DNA from: Candidatus Marinacidobacterales bacterium
GTDB lineage: Bacteria > Acidobacteriota > Vicinamibacteria > Marinacidobacterales > SMYC01
Direction: 5' to 3'
DNA: 64,000 nucleotides
Assembly: GCA_965237955.1 (NCBI GenBank)
Contig: OZ250169.1
Coordinates: 1,568,001-1,632,000 of the forward strand
This document shows, piece after piece, positions 22,951 to 31,989 of this stretch (position 1 is the stretch's first letter; each line of letters opens with the position of its first letter). Below the pieces are notes generated by a model. The model was not told the DNA's origin. It made no database searches and worked only from the letters and a program-made list of their open reading frames with translations. The position numbers were made by a program, and so were the translations under genes.

Positions 22951-24261
22951 GTGATACCTTGACCCCGGTTGCTCGCGTGGTTCGCCGCCTCTGGAGTTTT
23001 TCTCGTCGCGGGCGTCTGGTTCCCGCCACTGAGCCTCGCCGGACTCCTCGCCAACGGCGTTTTGGCGCTCGTCGCCATCGCGGACCTCTACCGGATGGTA
23101 CGGCCCGAACGCATCGAGATCCTCCGCGAGACGTCGGACGTCCTGAGCGTCGGCGCGGCGAACCCCGTCGTGCTCAGGGTCCTGAGTCGTGCCCCGAAAC
23201 CGATTACGATCGAGATAACCGACGAGCCTCCGGTACCGAGCCGGAGCGAGGGTCTGCCGTTCGAAGCGACACTCGTGCCGCAACGAGAGCTCGAAGCGAC
23301 GTACCATCTCTATCCTCAGAGACGAGGGGCGAACCAATTCCGAAACGTCTACTTCCGCTACCGCAGTCCTCTCGGACTGTGGTCGCGCAACGTCAAACGG
23401 CCGCTCGTCGACGACGTGCGGATCTACCCGGACATCAAGAATATCCGTCGCTTCGATCTTCTCGCGAAGCGTAACCGGTTGTCGGAGATGGGCCTCAAGC
23501 TCTGGCGGCTGCGCGGAAAAGAGGGTGAGTTCGAAAGGCTCCGCGAGTACCGTCGCGAAGACGAGATGCGCCACATCGATTGGAGCGCGACCGCGAAATA
23601 CCAGAAGCTCATCAGCCGTGAGTACACCACCGAACGCAACCAGAACATCGTCATCCTGTTGGATTGCGGCCGATCGATGTTGAACGAGACCGATGGGATC
23701 TCCCATTTCGATCGCGGGCTCAACGCCGCCATCATCCTCAGCTACATCGCACTCGGGCAGGGAGACAACGTTTCGCTCGTCGCGTTCTCGAACCGCATCG
23801 AGCGCTACGTCGGACCGGTGCGCGGCAAAGCCGCCATCCAGTCGCTCATCCAAAAAACCTACGATTTGGAGCCACGGCACGAGGCGTCCGACTACGGTCT
23901 CGCATGCGAAGATTTGCTCCGCCGGCACAAAAAGCGCGCGCTGGTACTGCTGATCACCTATGCCCTCGACGATCAACACTTGGACGCGGTCGGCCGTTAC
24001 CTGAGAACACTCATCTCATCGCATCTGTTTTTGTGCGTTCTCGTAAAAGACCTCCCGTTGGTCGGTCTCGCCGAGCGTGTCCCAGAAACAGATGTCGAAG
24101 CGTATCAGGTAGCCGCGGCAACCGAGATGCTCGGCGCCCAGGAGCGGAGGCTGTCCGCTCTGCGCGCCTCGGGTATCCACGCTACCGAAGTCGTCCCGAA
24201 CGAGCTAGCCGCCGAAGTCATCAACCACTACCTGGACGTCAAAGCGCGCCACCTGTTATAG
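22951..24261 (+). CDS. DUF58 (vWA-like) domain protein; in-frame TGA at codon 4 if the start is GTG 22951
   Basis: GEFERLREY..DEMRHIDWSATAK, ILLDCGRSM. The 5' end reads VIP*PRLLAW; alternative start TTG 22969. Confidence 0.9.
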
Positions 24262-24297
24262 ATAATCTTCGAATCGCTAAGCCTTAAGGAGGACTTC

Positions 24298-24852
24298 ATG
24301 TCATCGTTTCATCGTCGTGGTTTCTTGGGAGGAGCACTCGCTTTCATTCTCGGACGCGGTCGCCTGTCGGCGAGCCAGTCGGTTAAAACCGCGGAGGACC
24401 GGTTGGCCGAGCTCGGCCTCGAGCTTCCCCCGGCGCCAACGCCGGGCGCCACCTACGTTCCCTCGGTTCGCTCGGGCTCGATGCTCTATGTGTCCGGTTC
24501 CGGTCCCGGTGCCGGCCCCGACGGGGAGCCGGTGCGCGGCAAACTCGGGCGCGACTTGACGCTCGAACAGGGCAACGCGGCCGCGCGGCTCGCCGGGCTG
24601 CGCATTCTCGCCAACGTGCGCCACTCGCTCGGCAGCCTGAACAAAGTCGAGAGGGTCGTGAAAGTGCTCGGGATGGTGAACGCAACGCCGGACTTCGGCC
24701 AGCAACCTCAAGTGATCAACGGCTTCAGCGACCTCATGGTCGAGATCTTCGGCGAAGCGCGCGGCAAAGGCGCCCGAAGCGCCGTCGGGATGGGCTCGCT
24801 ATCGCGCGGCATGCCGGTAGAGGTGGAGGCGATCTTCGAAGTCAGCGACTAG
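24298..24852 (+). CDS. RidA/YjgF family protein with a twin-arginine-like leader
   Basis: HRRGFLGGALAF leader; RLAELGLELP, LYVSGSGP, VINGFSDL, GARSAVG, VEVEAIFEV; AAGGAGG RBS. Confidence 0.9.
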   Translation: MSSFHRRGFLGGALAFILGRGRLSASQSVKTAEDRLAELGLELPPAPTPGATYVPSVRSGSMLYVSGSGPGAGPDGEPVRGKLGRDLTLEQGNAAARLAGLRILANVRHSLGSLNKVERVVKVLGMVNATPDFGQQPQVINGFSDLMVEIFGEARGKGARSAVGMGSLSRGMPVEVEAIFEVSD

Positions 24853-24962
24853 GCAGGCTGCGAAACAGCAACAAAAGATCGCCGGTAGAAGACAACGCAA
24901 AGGCGCGTTGTTTTTCTGGTTCTCCTGTCGTTTCGGGGGATCTGATTTGTGTTGGAGGGCAT

Positions 24963-25275
24963 GGCCTATGGACGCTGCCGCGATTGTGGAAAACGCCGGA
25001 AACTCCGGGCGAGAGAGGCGTTTAGGGAAAGGTTGTGAGCACGTACAAACGTGGAGCGGCGTTTTCCACAATCGCTTGGAAAACGCTTCGCGTTTCCCAC
25101 GAGCGCCCACAGGCCCCTCCTGATATATATACAAGAAAGATTAATTCATATGGAATAAGGAAGGGGGGGCTCGATTAGTGGAGGCTATAGAAAACGCCCT
25201 TCCAGGCTTCGAAGAGAACTCAGTCGTGAGCAAGGTCTGAACGACCAGAACCGTGGGGGCGTTTCCCACAGCCTC
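24963..25275 (-). other. Structured non-coding region (nested inverted repeats) upstream of the ISL3 transposase
   Basis: Perfect 19-bp IR GCGATTGTGGAAAACGCCG (24980-24998 / 25057-25075); further stems at 24963-24976/25102-25115, 25077-25099 and 25181-25199/25257-25275. Confidence 0.7.
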
Positions 25276-26637
25276 GTCTCCCGCTGAGGGGCAGTGGCAT
25301 TTGGTGAGGCCCGTGGGTTGAGAGGGTAAGCCATGTGTAGATGCGCATCGGCGAGAACGCTAGAATCTTTTTTTCCGAAAGAGAAAAGAGCGTTCCCGCG
25401 ATGCGCGTTACTACGTTAGTCAACAAGCTCATCGGATTGCAAGGCCTGTGGGTCCGAGGTTTCCACTTCCAGGCGGACAAAGCCAGAGTGGTGGTGGATG
25501 TAGTACCACGGAGGAGGAAGCCTCTGTGCGGGATTTGCGGACGAAAGGTCCGCAAGAACAAAGATCGCTACAATCGCTACTGGCGGCACTTGGACCTGTT
25601 CGGAGTCCGGACCTATCTTCGCTACTCGATCCGACGAGTGGTATGTCGGCGGTGTGGAGTGGTCAGAGAAAAGGTGCCTTGGGCAGACAAGGGAAGCCGC
25701 TTTACCAAAAGCTTCGAACAAGAGGTAGCGTGGCTGGCACAGAGGACGGACGTCAGCGCCGTAGCGAACTATTTCCGAGTGACGTGGCGTTCGGTGCGAC
25801 GGATCATCCAGCGAGTGGTTGCCGAGCAGCGGGATGAGCGGCGCGAGCTCGATGGATTGCGGGTGATTGGGATGGACGAGATCAGCTACCGCAAACGCCA
25901 CAAGTACTTAACAGTGGTAATAGACCATCTCAGCGGCCGGGTCGTCTGGGCGGGAAAGGAGCGCAAGGCCAAGACGCTGCTGCTGTTTTTCCGCAAGCTC
26001 GGACCACAAAGAGCCGCGGAGCTCGAAGCGGTCAGCATGGACATGTGGGAGCCGTACATAACTGTCGTCGGCAAAAAGGCTCCTCAGGCACGGGTGATCT
26101 TTGACCGCTTCCACATCGTCAAGCATCTGAACGAGGCCGTGGATAAGACCCGGCGCGAGCTGGTGCGCGAGCTCAAAGGGACTGCCCGGCGCAACCTCAA
26201 GAACACCAAGTTTCCCCTTCTCAAGGCCAAACACAACCGCAGCGCGAAAGACAAACGGGTGCTCCGCGAGCAGGTGCGAGCTAATCGTCGCCTCTACCGC
26301 GCCATGCTTCTGCGCGACGACTTCATGGACCTCTACACCTACAAAACCGAGACATGGGCCAAGAAGTTTCTCCGAGGATGGCTGCGGCGCGCTATGAGCT
26401 CGAGGATAGAGCCCGTCAAACGCGCGGCGAAGATGATCCGCAGCCACTTCGATGGCGTCATCGCGTGGGTCACGTGGAGACTCAGCAACGGCCGACTCGA
26501 AGGAATGAACAACAAAATCCGGCTGCTGAGCCACCGCAGCTTTGGACTCCACTCTGCCGAAGCTCTCATCAGTCTCGTCTACCTAAACTGTGGCGGTCTC
26601 ACCCTCGAGAGGATCCACTGAAATGGCAGGAGAGGCC
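25112..26637 (+). mobile_element. ISL3-family insertion sequence (right end clear, left end uncertain, no TSD found)
   Basis: Right end CCACTGAAATGGCAGGAGAGGCC followed by AT-rich TTATTGTT. Best left match GGCCCCTCCTG at 25112 (10/11) is weak. Confidence 0.7.
25401..26621 (+). CDS. ISL3-family transposase
   Basis: Zn finger CGIC..WRHLD..CRRC, VPWA..SRFT, IGMDEISYRKRHKYLT, SMDMW, FDRFHIVK, SNGRLEGMNNKI. Confidence 0.95.
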   Translation: MRVTTLVNKLIGLQGLWVRGFHFQADKARVVVDVVPRRRKPLCGICGRKVRKNKDRYNRYWRHLDLFGVRTYLRYSIRRVVCRRCGVVREKVPWADKGSRFTKSFEQEVAWLAQRTDVSAVANYFRVTWRSVRRIIQRVVAEQRDERRELDGLRVIGMDEISYRKRHKYLTVVIDHLSGRVVWAGKERKAKTLLLFFRKLGPQRAAELEAVSMDMWEPYITVVGKKAPQARVIFDRFHIVKHLNEAVDKTRRELVRELKGTARRNLKNTKFPLLKAKHNRSAKDKRVLREQVRANRRLYRAMLLRDDFMDLYTYKTETWAKKFLRGWLRRAMSSRIEPVKRAAKMIRSHFDGVIAWVTWRLSNGRLEGMNNKIRLLSHRSFGLHSAEALISLVYLNCGGLTLERIH

Positions 26638-26756
26638 TTATTGTTAACCTAGCCGGGGAGGTCGGAGTCTATCACAATCCGGCGCGGCATTGCCAACAGG
26701 ACCCACAGGGGCCAACCCCCAGAGGCCGCAAATCCCCCTGGTGTAAGCTAGCGTGG

Positions 26757-28595
26757 ATGAGCAAGGATCGGGATGGGCGGATGGTCTGGCGCGAGGCGCG
26801 CGCGATCATCTGGGAGCGGCGGTACCGCCTGGGATTCGGTCTCGTCTTGATGGTGATAGGTCGTCTCGCGGCGTTGGTCCTCCCCACCACATCGAAATAT
26901 CTCGTCGACGAGGTCATCGGCAACGGCCGGGCCGAGCTGCTTGCGCCCCTGGCAACCGCGGCGGGCATCGCCACGCTGGTTCAAGCGTCGACGGGTTTCG
27001 CCAACTCGCAGGTCCTCGGAGTCGCCGCACAGCACGCGATCACCGAGATGCGCAAAACGGTCCATGACCACGTCCTGCGCCTACCCACCGCCTATTTCGA
27101 CTCCGTCAAGAGCGGTGAGCTGATCTCCCGAATCATGACCGACGCGGAAGGCATTCGTAACCTCGTCGGCACCGGGCTCGTCCAACTGGTCGGAGGCCTT
27201 TTGACGGCATCGGTGGCGTTGGGCGTTCTTTTCTATCTCAACTGGCGTCTGACGTCGCTCACTCTCATCGTGCTCGCGGTGTTCGGCGGCATGATGGCGT
27301 TCGCGTTCGCGAAGCTGCGCCCCCTGTTCCGAAAACGCGGCGCGCTCAACGCAACGGCGACAGGCCGATTGGGCGAGGCGCTCGGCGGCATCCGGATCGT
27401 GAAATCGTACACTGCGGAAAAGCGCGAGGCCGGAATCTTCGCCGCAAACGTGGATGCTCTGTTCACGAACGTCAAGAAGGCGGTCACCGCGATCGCGGGT
27501 ATCTCCGCCGGGTCCACGCTCATCTTCGGCGTCGTCGGTGTCCTGATGATCCTCGTCGGCGGCCGATCGATCCTCTCGGGGACGATGACCCTCGGCGATT
27601 TCGTGATGTACGTTTTCTTCACCGGCCTGGTGGCCGCGCCGTTGGTGCAGATATCGTCGATTTCCACTCAGCTCAGCGAAGCGTTCGCGGGCCTCGACCG
27701 GATCCGCGACATCCGGTCGCTGTTGACGGAAGACGACGAGGACGAGACCCGGGAACCGCTCCCGGCAGTCGCGGGAACCATCGTGTTCGAGGACGTGAGC
27801 TTTGCCTACGAGAAGGGTGTACCCGTCCTGAAACACATTTCCTTCGAGGCGCCTCCCGGTTCGACCACCGCGCTCGTCGGCTCGAGCGGGTCTGGCAAGA
27901 GCACGCTCGCGAGCCTCGTGCTCGCATTCAACCGGCCGGACAGCGGCCGAGTCCTGATCGACGGGAAGGATTTGGCGTCGATTCGCCTATCCGACTATCG
28001 ATCGCATGTCGGCGTCGTGCTGCAAGACAACTTTCTGTTCGACGGCACCGTTTCGGAGAACATCGCCTACGCCCGGCCGGACGCGACGGCTGAGGAGATC
28101 CGCGACGTCAGCCGGATCGCGCACAGCGACGAGTTCATCACCGGATTCGAGAACGGCTACGACACCGTCGTGGGCGAGCGCGGCGTCAAGTTGAGCGGTG
28201 GAGAGCGTCAGCGTATCTCCATCGCCCGCGCGATCCTCGCCGACCCGAAACTACTCATTCTCGATGAAGCGACATCGAGTCTCGACAGTGAAAGCGAGTC
28301 GCTGATTCAAGACGGGCTTCGCTCGCTTCGCTCGGGACGGACCACGTTCGTGATAGCGCACCGCCTCTCGACCATCGTGAGCGCCGATCAAATTTTGGTG
28401 ATCGAGAAGGGCGAGATCGTGGAGCGGGGAGACCACGAGGCGCTCCTCGCTCGCGACGGCCGTTACCGCGAGCTCTACGATCGACAGTACCGGTTGGAGA
28501 TGAACCGTTTCATCAATCCAGGGGAGGATTTCACGCCTGGTTCGAAAGAGCCCGAAACGACGGCCACCGCTTTCAACCCGCGACGCAATCTCTAG
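26757..28595 (+). CDS. ABC transporter, fused permease/ATP-binding protein
   Basis: TM domain, GSSGSGKS, GERGVKLSGGERQR, ILDEATSSLD, IAHRLST. Confidence 0.95.
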   Translation: MSKDRDGRMVWREARAIIWERRYRLGFGLVLMVIGRLAALVLPTTSKYLVDEVIGNGRAELLAPLATAAGIATLVQASTGFANSQVLGVAAQHAITEMRKTVHDHVLRLPTAYFDSVKSGELISRIMTDAEGIRNLVGTGLVQLVGGLLTASVALGVLFYLNWRLTSLTLIVLAVFGGMMAFAFAKLRPLFRKRGALNATATGRLGEALGGIRIVKSYTAEKREAGIFAANVDALFTNVKKAVTAIAGISAGSTLIFGVVGVLMILVGGRSILSGTMTLGDFVMYVFFTGLVAAPLVQISSISTQLSEAFAGLDRIRDIRSLLTEDDEDETREPLPAVAGTIVFEDVSFAYEKGVPVLKHISFEAPPGSTTALVGSSGSGKSTLASLVLAFNRPDSGRVLIDGKDLASIRLSDYRSHVGVVLQDNFLFDGTVSENIAYARPDATAEEIRDVSRIAHSDEFITGFENGYDTVVGERGVKLSGGERQRISIARAILADPKLLILDEATSSLDSESESLIQDGLRSLRSGRTTFVIAHRLSTIVSADQILVIEKGEIVERGDHEALLARDGRYRELYDRQYRLEMNRFINPGEDFTPGSKEPETTATAFNPRRNL

Positions 28596-28620
28596 CCGAT
28601 AGCTGCAATAGAATCAGAAA

Positions 28621-30099
28621 ATGAACATCTACCTCGTCGTCGTCGTCTTGTACCTCTTGTTTCTCGTCGGCGTCAGCCTCTACCGATCTCGACAGGTAAA
28701 AACCCAGGACGACTTCATGGTCGCGGGGCGGAGTGTTCCCTGGTACTTCCTCGTCGGTACGCTCGTGTGTACTTGGGTCGGCTCCGGTAGCCTGTTCGCG
28801 GGCGCGGGCCGTGGGTTTCGTGAGGGTTTTTCCGCGCTTTGGATGAGCGCCGGCGCGTGGGTGGGAATCGCGATCGTCTATTTCTTGGCGGGTCGGGTCC
28901 GGCGCATCGCGCAATACACGGTTCCCGACATTCTCGAGACGCGGTACCACCCGGCAGCGCGTCTTCTCGGAACGCTGGCCATCGTGATCGCCTACCTGAC
29001 GATAGCTGGCTATCAATTCATCGGTGGCGGGCGCCTTTTGAACATCCTCTATCCTGCCATCGACCCCGATGTGGGAAAGGCGATCATCTGCGGGCTCGTG
29101 GTCCTCTTCGCCGTCACCGGCGGAATGCTCTCCATCGTCTCGCTCGACGTCTTCAACGGGCTCATCATTATTGTCAGCATCGTCATCGCGGCGCCGCTCG
29201 CGCTCGCAGGCGCCGGTGGTTGGTCGGCGTTGACCGAGACGCTGCCGGCGACGCACTTCACCGTCACCGGAAGACTCGGCGTCTCAGCGGCGATGGGCCT
29301 GTTCCTCCCCACGCTTTTCCTTCTGCTGGGCGAGAGCAGCATGTATCAAAAGTTTTTCGCGGCGAAAGACGAGGCGTCCGCCAAGAAGGCGGTTATCGGC
29401 ATGATCGCAGGCGTCATCCTGGTAGAGACCTTGCTCGATACGACCGCTATTTTCGCGGCGGGAACGTATTGGACCGATACCGCGTTCCGCGCCACTGATG
29501 GAACGTTCGACGCTCGCACGACCGAGACGATCCTGCTCGTGTTGGCCAGGAACAACCTGCCGGTTATCGCCGGGTGTCTGCTCCTCGCGGGGGCCGTCGC
29601 GATCGTGTTCTCGACCGCGACCACGTTTCTGATGGTGCCTTCGACCAACTTCGCGCGTGACATCTATCAACGGTTCATCAACCCGGATGTCAGCGAGAAG
29701 GGCATCATTCTTTTTCAGAGAATCATGATCGTTTTTCTCGCGCTCGTCGCGTTGGTGGTGACAACTCAATTCACCAGCATCCTCGACATGGCGCTCTACG
29801 CCTACACGATGGTGGGCGCCGCGGTCACGCCGGCACTTCTGGCGGCGTTTCTATGGAAGCGCGTCACCCCCACGGGCGGGGTGATCTCCGTAGCACTCGG
29901 GATCGCGACCACGATCGCGTTCGGAGCTCTCGCAACTCGTGGAATGGAGTCTCTGGACCTCGTGCTGTTTCGACTACCGCTGGACTACGACTACATCATC
30001 TATCCGGCAGCTACCGCGTCGATCTTGGGACTCGTCATCGGGAGTCTTCTGACACGGCCGTCACCGGAAGCGACGTGGAAGAAGTTCGTCTCGAACTGA
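28621..30099 (+). CDS. Sodium:solute symporter family protein
   Basis: DFMVAGRSVP, YTVPDILETRY, YQKFFAAKD, about 13 TM helices. Confidence 0.92.
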   Translation: MNIYLVVVVLYLLFLVGVSLYRSRQVKTQDDFMVAGRSVPWYFLVGTLVCTWVGSGSLFAGAGRGFREGFSALWMSAGAWVGIAIVYFLAGRVRRIAQYTVPDILETRYHPAARLLGTLAIVIAYLTIAGYQFIGGGRLLNILYPAIDPDVGKAIICGLVVLFAVTGGMLSIVSLDVFNGLIIIVSIVIAAPLALAGAGGWSALTETLPATHFTVTGRLGVSAAMGLFLPTLFLLLGESSMYQKFFAAKDEASAKKAVIGMIAGVILVETLLDTTAIFAAGTYWTDTAFRATDGTFDARTTETILLVLARNNLPVIAGCLLLAGAVAIVFSTATTFLMVPSTNFARDIYQRFINPDVSEKGIILFQRIMIVFLALVALVVTTQFTSILDMALYAYTMVGAAVTPALLAAFLWKRVTPTGGVISVALGIATTIAFGALATRGMESLDLVLFRLPLDYDYIIYPAATASILGLVIGSLLTRPSPEATWKKFVSN

Positions 30100-30115
30100 A
30101 AAAAGGAGAATCGTC

Positions 30116-30892
30116 TTGGCATACGAAAGAATTCGAATCGACGCAACGACGCCCGTCGCACGGCTGACCATGAGCTGGCCCGAGAAACGCAACGCTCTCT
30201 CTGTGCACATGATGGGGGAGATCACGAGCGGGTTGAAAGAGCTCAGCTCGAACCCCGACGTGCGCGCGATCATCCTCGGCGCCGAGGGGCCCGCGTTCTC
30301 CGCAGGCCACTACTTGCCCGAGATGGTCGACAAAGACGTCAACCACCAGCGCTTCGTCTTCGGTACGTGCGTCGAGATGATGGAGACCGTGCAGGGAATC
30401 CCCGAGCCGGTGATCGCCGAAGTGCCGGGCATCGCCACCGCGGCGGGTTGCCAGCTCGTGGCCGCGTGTGACCTCGCGGTCGCCTCGGACGAGGCCCAGT
30501 TTGCAACGCCCGGCGTGAAGATTGGCCTGTTCTGCACGACACCGATGGTGGCCTTGTCGCGCGCCATCGGACGCAAGCGCGCGATGCAAATGCTTCTGAC
30601 CGGAGAGCTCGTCGATGCCGCGACCGCGAGCGATTGGGGGCTCGTCAACCTGGTCGTTCCCCGCGACAAACTCCGCGACGAGACCGAAGCCCTCGGCCAA
30701 AAAGTCGCCGACGCGAGCTCTCTCGTCGTGGCTCTCGGCAAGCAAGCGTTCTACACACAGATCGATCTCGATCAAGGTAAGGCTTACGACTACGCAAAAG
30801 AAGTCATGAGCATGAACGCGATGGCGCTCGACGCCCAAGAAGGGATGACGGCGTTCCTCGAAAAGAGAAAGCCTTGCTGGGTCGGCAAGTAG
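30116..30892 (+). CDS. Enoyl-CoA hydratase/isomerase family protein
   Basis: PEKRNALS, AFSAGH, ATAAGCQLVAACD, ATPGVKIGLFC; TTG start with AGGAGA RBS. Confidence 0.92.
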   Translation: MAYERIRIDATTPVARLTMSWPEKRNALSVHMMGEITSGLKELSSNPDVRAIILGAEGPAFSAGHYLPEMVDKDVNHQRFVFGTCVEMMETVQGIPEPVIAEVPGIATAAGCQLVAACDLAVASDEAQFATPGVKIGLFCTTPMVALSRAIGRKRAMQMLLTGELVDAATASDWGLVNLVVPRDKLRDETEALGQKVADASSLVVALGKQAFYTQIDLDQGKAYDYAKEVMSMNAMALDAQEGMTAFLEKRKPCWVGK

Positions 30893-30920
30893 CTCGAGCG
30901 CTCGGGGGTGTCTGACTCCT

Positions 30921-31029
30921 AAAAACAAACGCAAAGGCGCAAAGACGCGAAGGCGCAAAGAACGCGAGTCGAGTGAAATGAACCTGGACCTTTGCGTCTT
31001 TGCGACTCTGCGCCTTTGCGTTTGTTTTT
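30921..31029. repeat. Palindromic element built of 8-mer (CGCAAAGR) repeats, 40-bp arms; possible bidirectional terminator
   Basis: Left arm AAAAACAAACGCAAAGGCGCAAAGACGCGAAGGCGCAAAG pairs with 30990-31029; lies between convergent genes. Confidence 0.85.
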
Positions 31030-31054
31030 TCCTGCGTTCCCAGCTTGTTCGTTT

Positions 31055-31885
31055 CTAGTCGGAAGGGTCCTGTTCGCGGGCGAGACGATAGAACGCGCTC
31101 GCTTCGCCGCGGTGGAGCCCTTCGACGCGATACCCCTTCTCGAAATACTCCTGAAATAGCTTTCTCGTCTGGTGTCGCCAATCGAGTGCCAGGTCATGAT
31201 CCCGCGCCATGAGGTCGGTGATCGTCTTCGGCACTTCGATCAGGAACGCATCGACGTCGAGGTCCAGATCGAGATCCGGTTCGCACGCGAGCAGGCTTTC
31301 CGAATTCAAGCGGGTACGGTTGGCTCTCGGCAAGCTCTCCCAGGTCGGCCAATCGTCGAGACGTCCGGCGCGCGCTGCGAGCACGCGTTGGCTTTTCAAA
31401 TACCACTCCGCTTCGAACCGATCGGTCGGGATGCCGCCGTGGAGCGGACTCTTGCTCTCGCCATAAAGGTTCACCTTGTACCGGCGCGCGACAGATCCCA
31501 GGCGGTTCACGTTCAAGTTGGCATTCGGCGCCTGCAAGGGATCGAACGTCCAGTTGATGAGCTCGATGCCTTGTTCGAGCACGCGCTCACGTTGCGCCCA
31601 TTTCAGGTTCTCGCCGATTTGACGGCCGCGATACTCCGGCAAGACCGCCAGCATGTGGGAGTGATGGAACGGCTGCCCACGATCCCAGCCGCCGAACCCG
31701 CACACGAACCCGATCATACGATCACCATCGAACGCACCGATGCACGACCCACCATAGTGATGCATCGCCACCAGGTAGCCGGCGGGAACGACTTCGATCT
31801 CGTCGAACGCCCACACCTCGATCTGAAGGTGGGCGCAAGCGTCGTACTCCGAGAGAAGCTCGACATCGCGAATCTCGACACTCAT
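31055..31885 (-). CDS. GNAT family N-acyltransferase (type usually linked to OSBS/NAAAR)
   Basis: HHSHMLAVLPEYR, LKWAQR, WTFDPLQAPNANLNVNRLG, NLYG, PTDRFEAEW. Confidence 0.88.
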   Translation of the reverse strand: MSVEIRDVELLSEYDACAHLQIEVWAFDEIEVVPAGYLVAMHHYGGSCIGAFDGDRMIGFVCGFGGWDRGQPFHHSHMLAVLPEYRGRQIGENLKWAQRERVLEQGIELINWTFDPLQAPNANLNVNRLGSVARRYKVNLYGESKSPLHGGIPTDRFEAEWYLKSQRVLAARAGRLDDWPTWESLPRANRTRLNSESLLACEPDLDLDLDVDAFLIEVPKTITDLMARDHDLALDWRHQTRKLFQEYFEKGYRVEGLHRGEASAFYRLAREQDPSD

Positions 31886-31925
31886 GGCGGGCAAATGATA
31901 CAAAAAAATCACTGCGGAGCGGCAA

Positions 31926-31957
31926 GCCGACGGCTGATGGCTGATAGCCGATGGCTG
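31926..31957. repeat. 7-mer (GCYGAYR)n intergenic tandem repeat
   Basis: GCCGACGGCTGATGGCTGATAGCCGATGGCTG. Confidence 0.75.
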
Positions 31958-31989
31958 GATCCGCTGCCCTCTCGGTCGAGAGGCGGCAG

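Noticed and set aside
24849-26652. Composite element bounded by CTAG sites enclosing ISL3
   Set aside because: The sequences inside the two CTAGs are not inverted repeats of each other.
30921-31029. Possible CRISPR array from periodic repeats
   Set aside because: Units are 8 nt, contiguous and inverted; there are no unique spacers between direct repeats and no cas genes.
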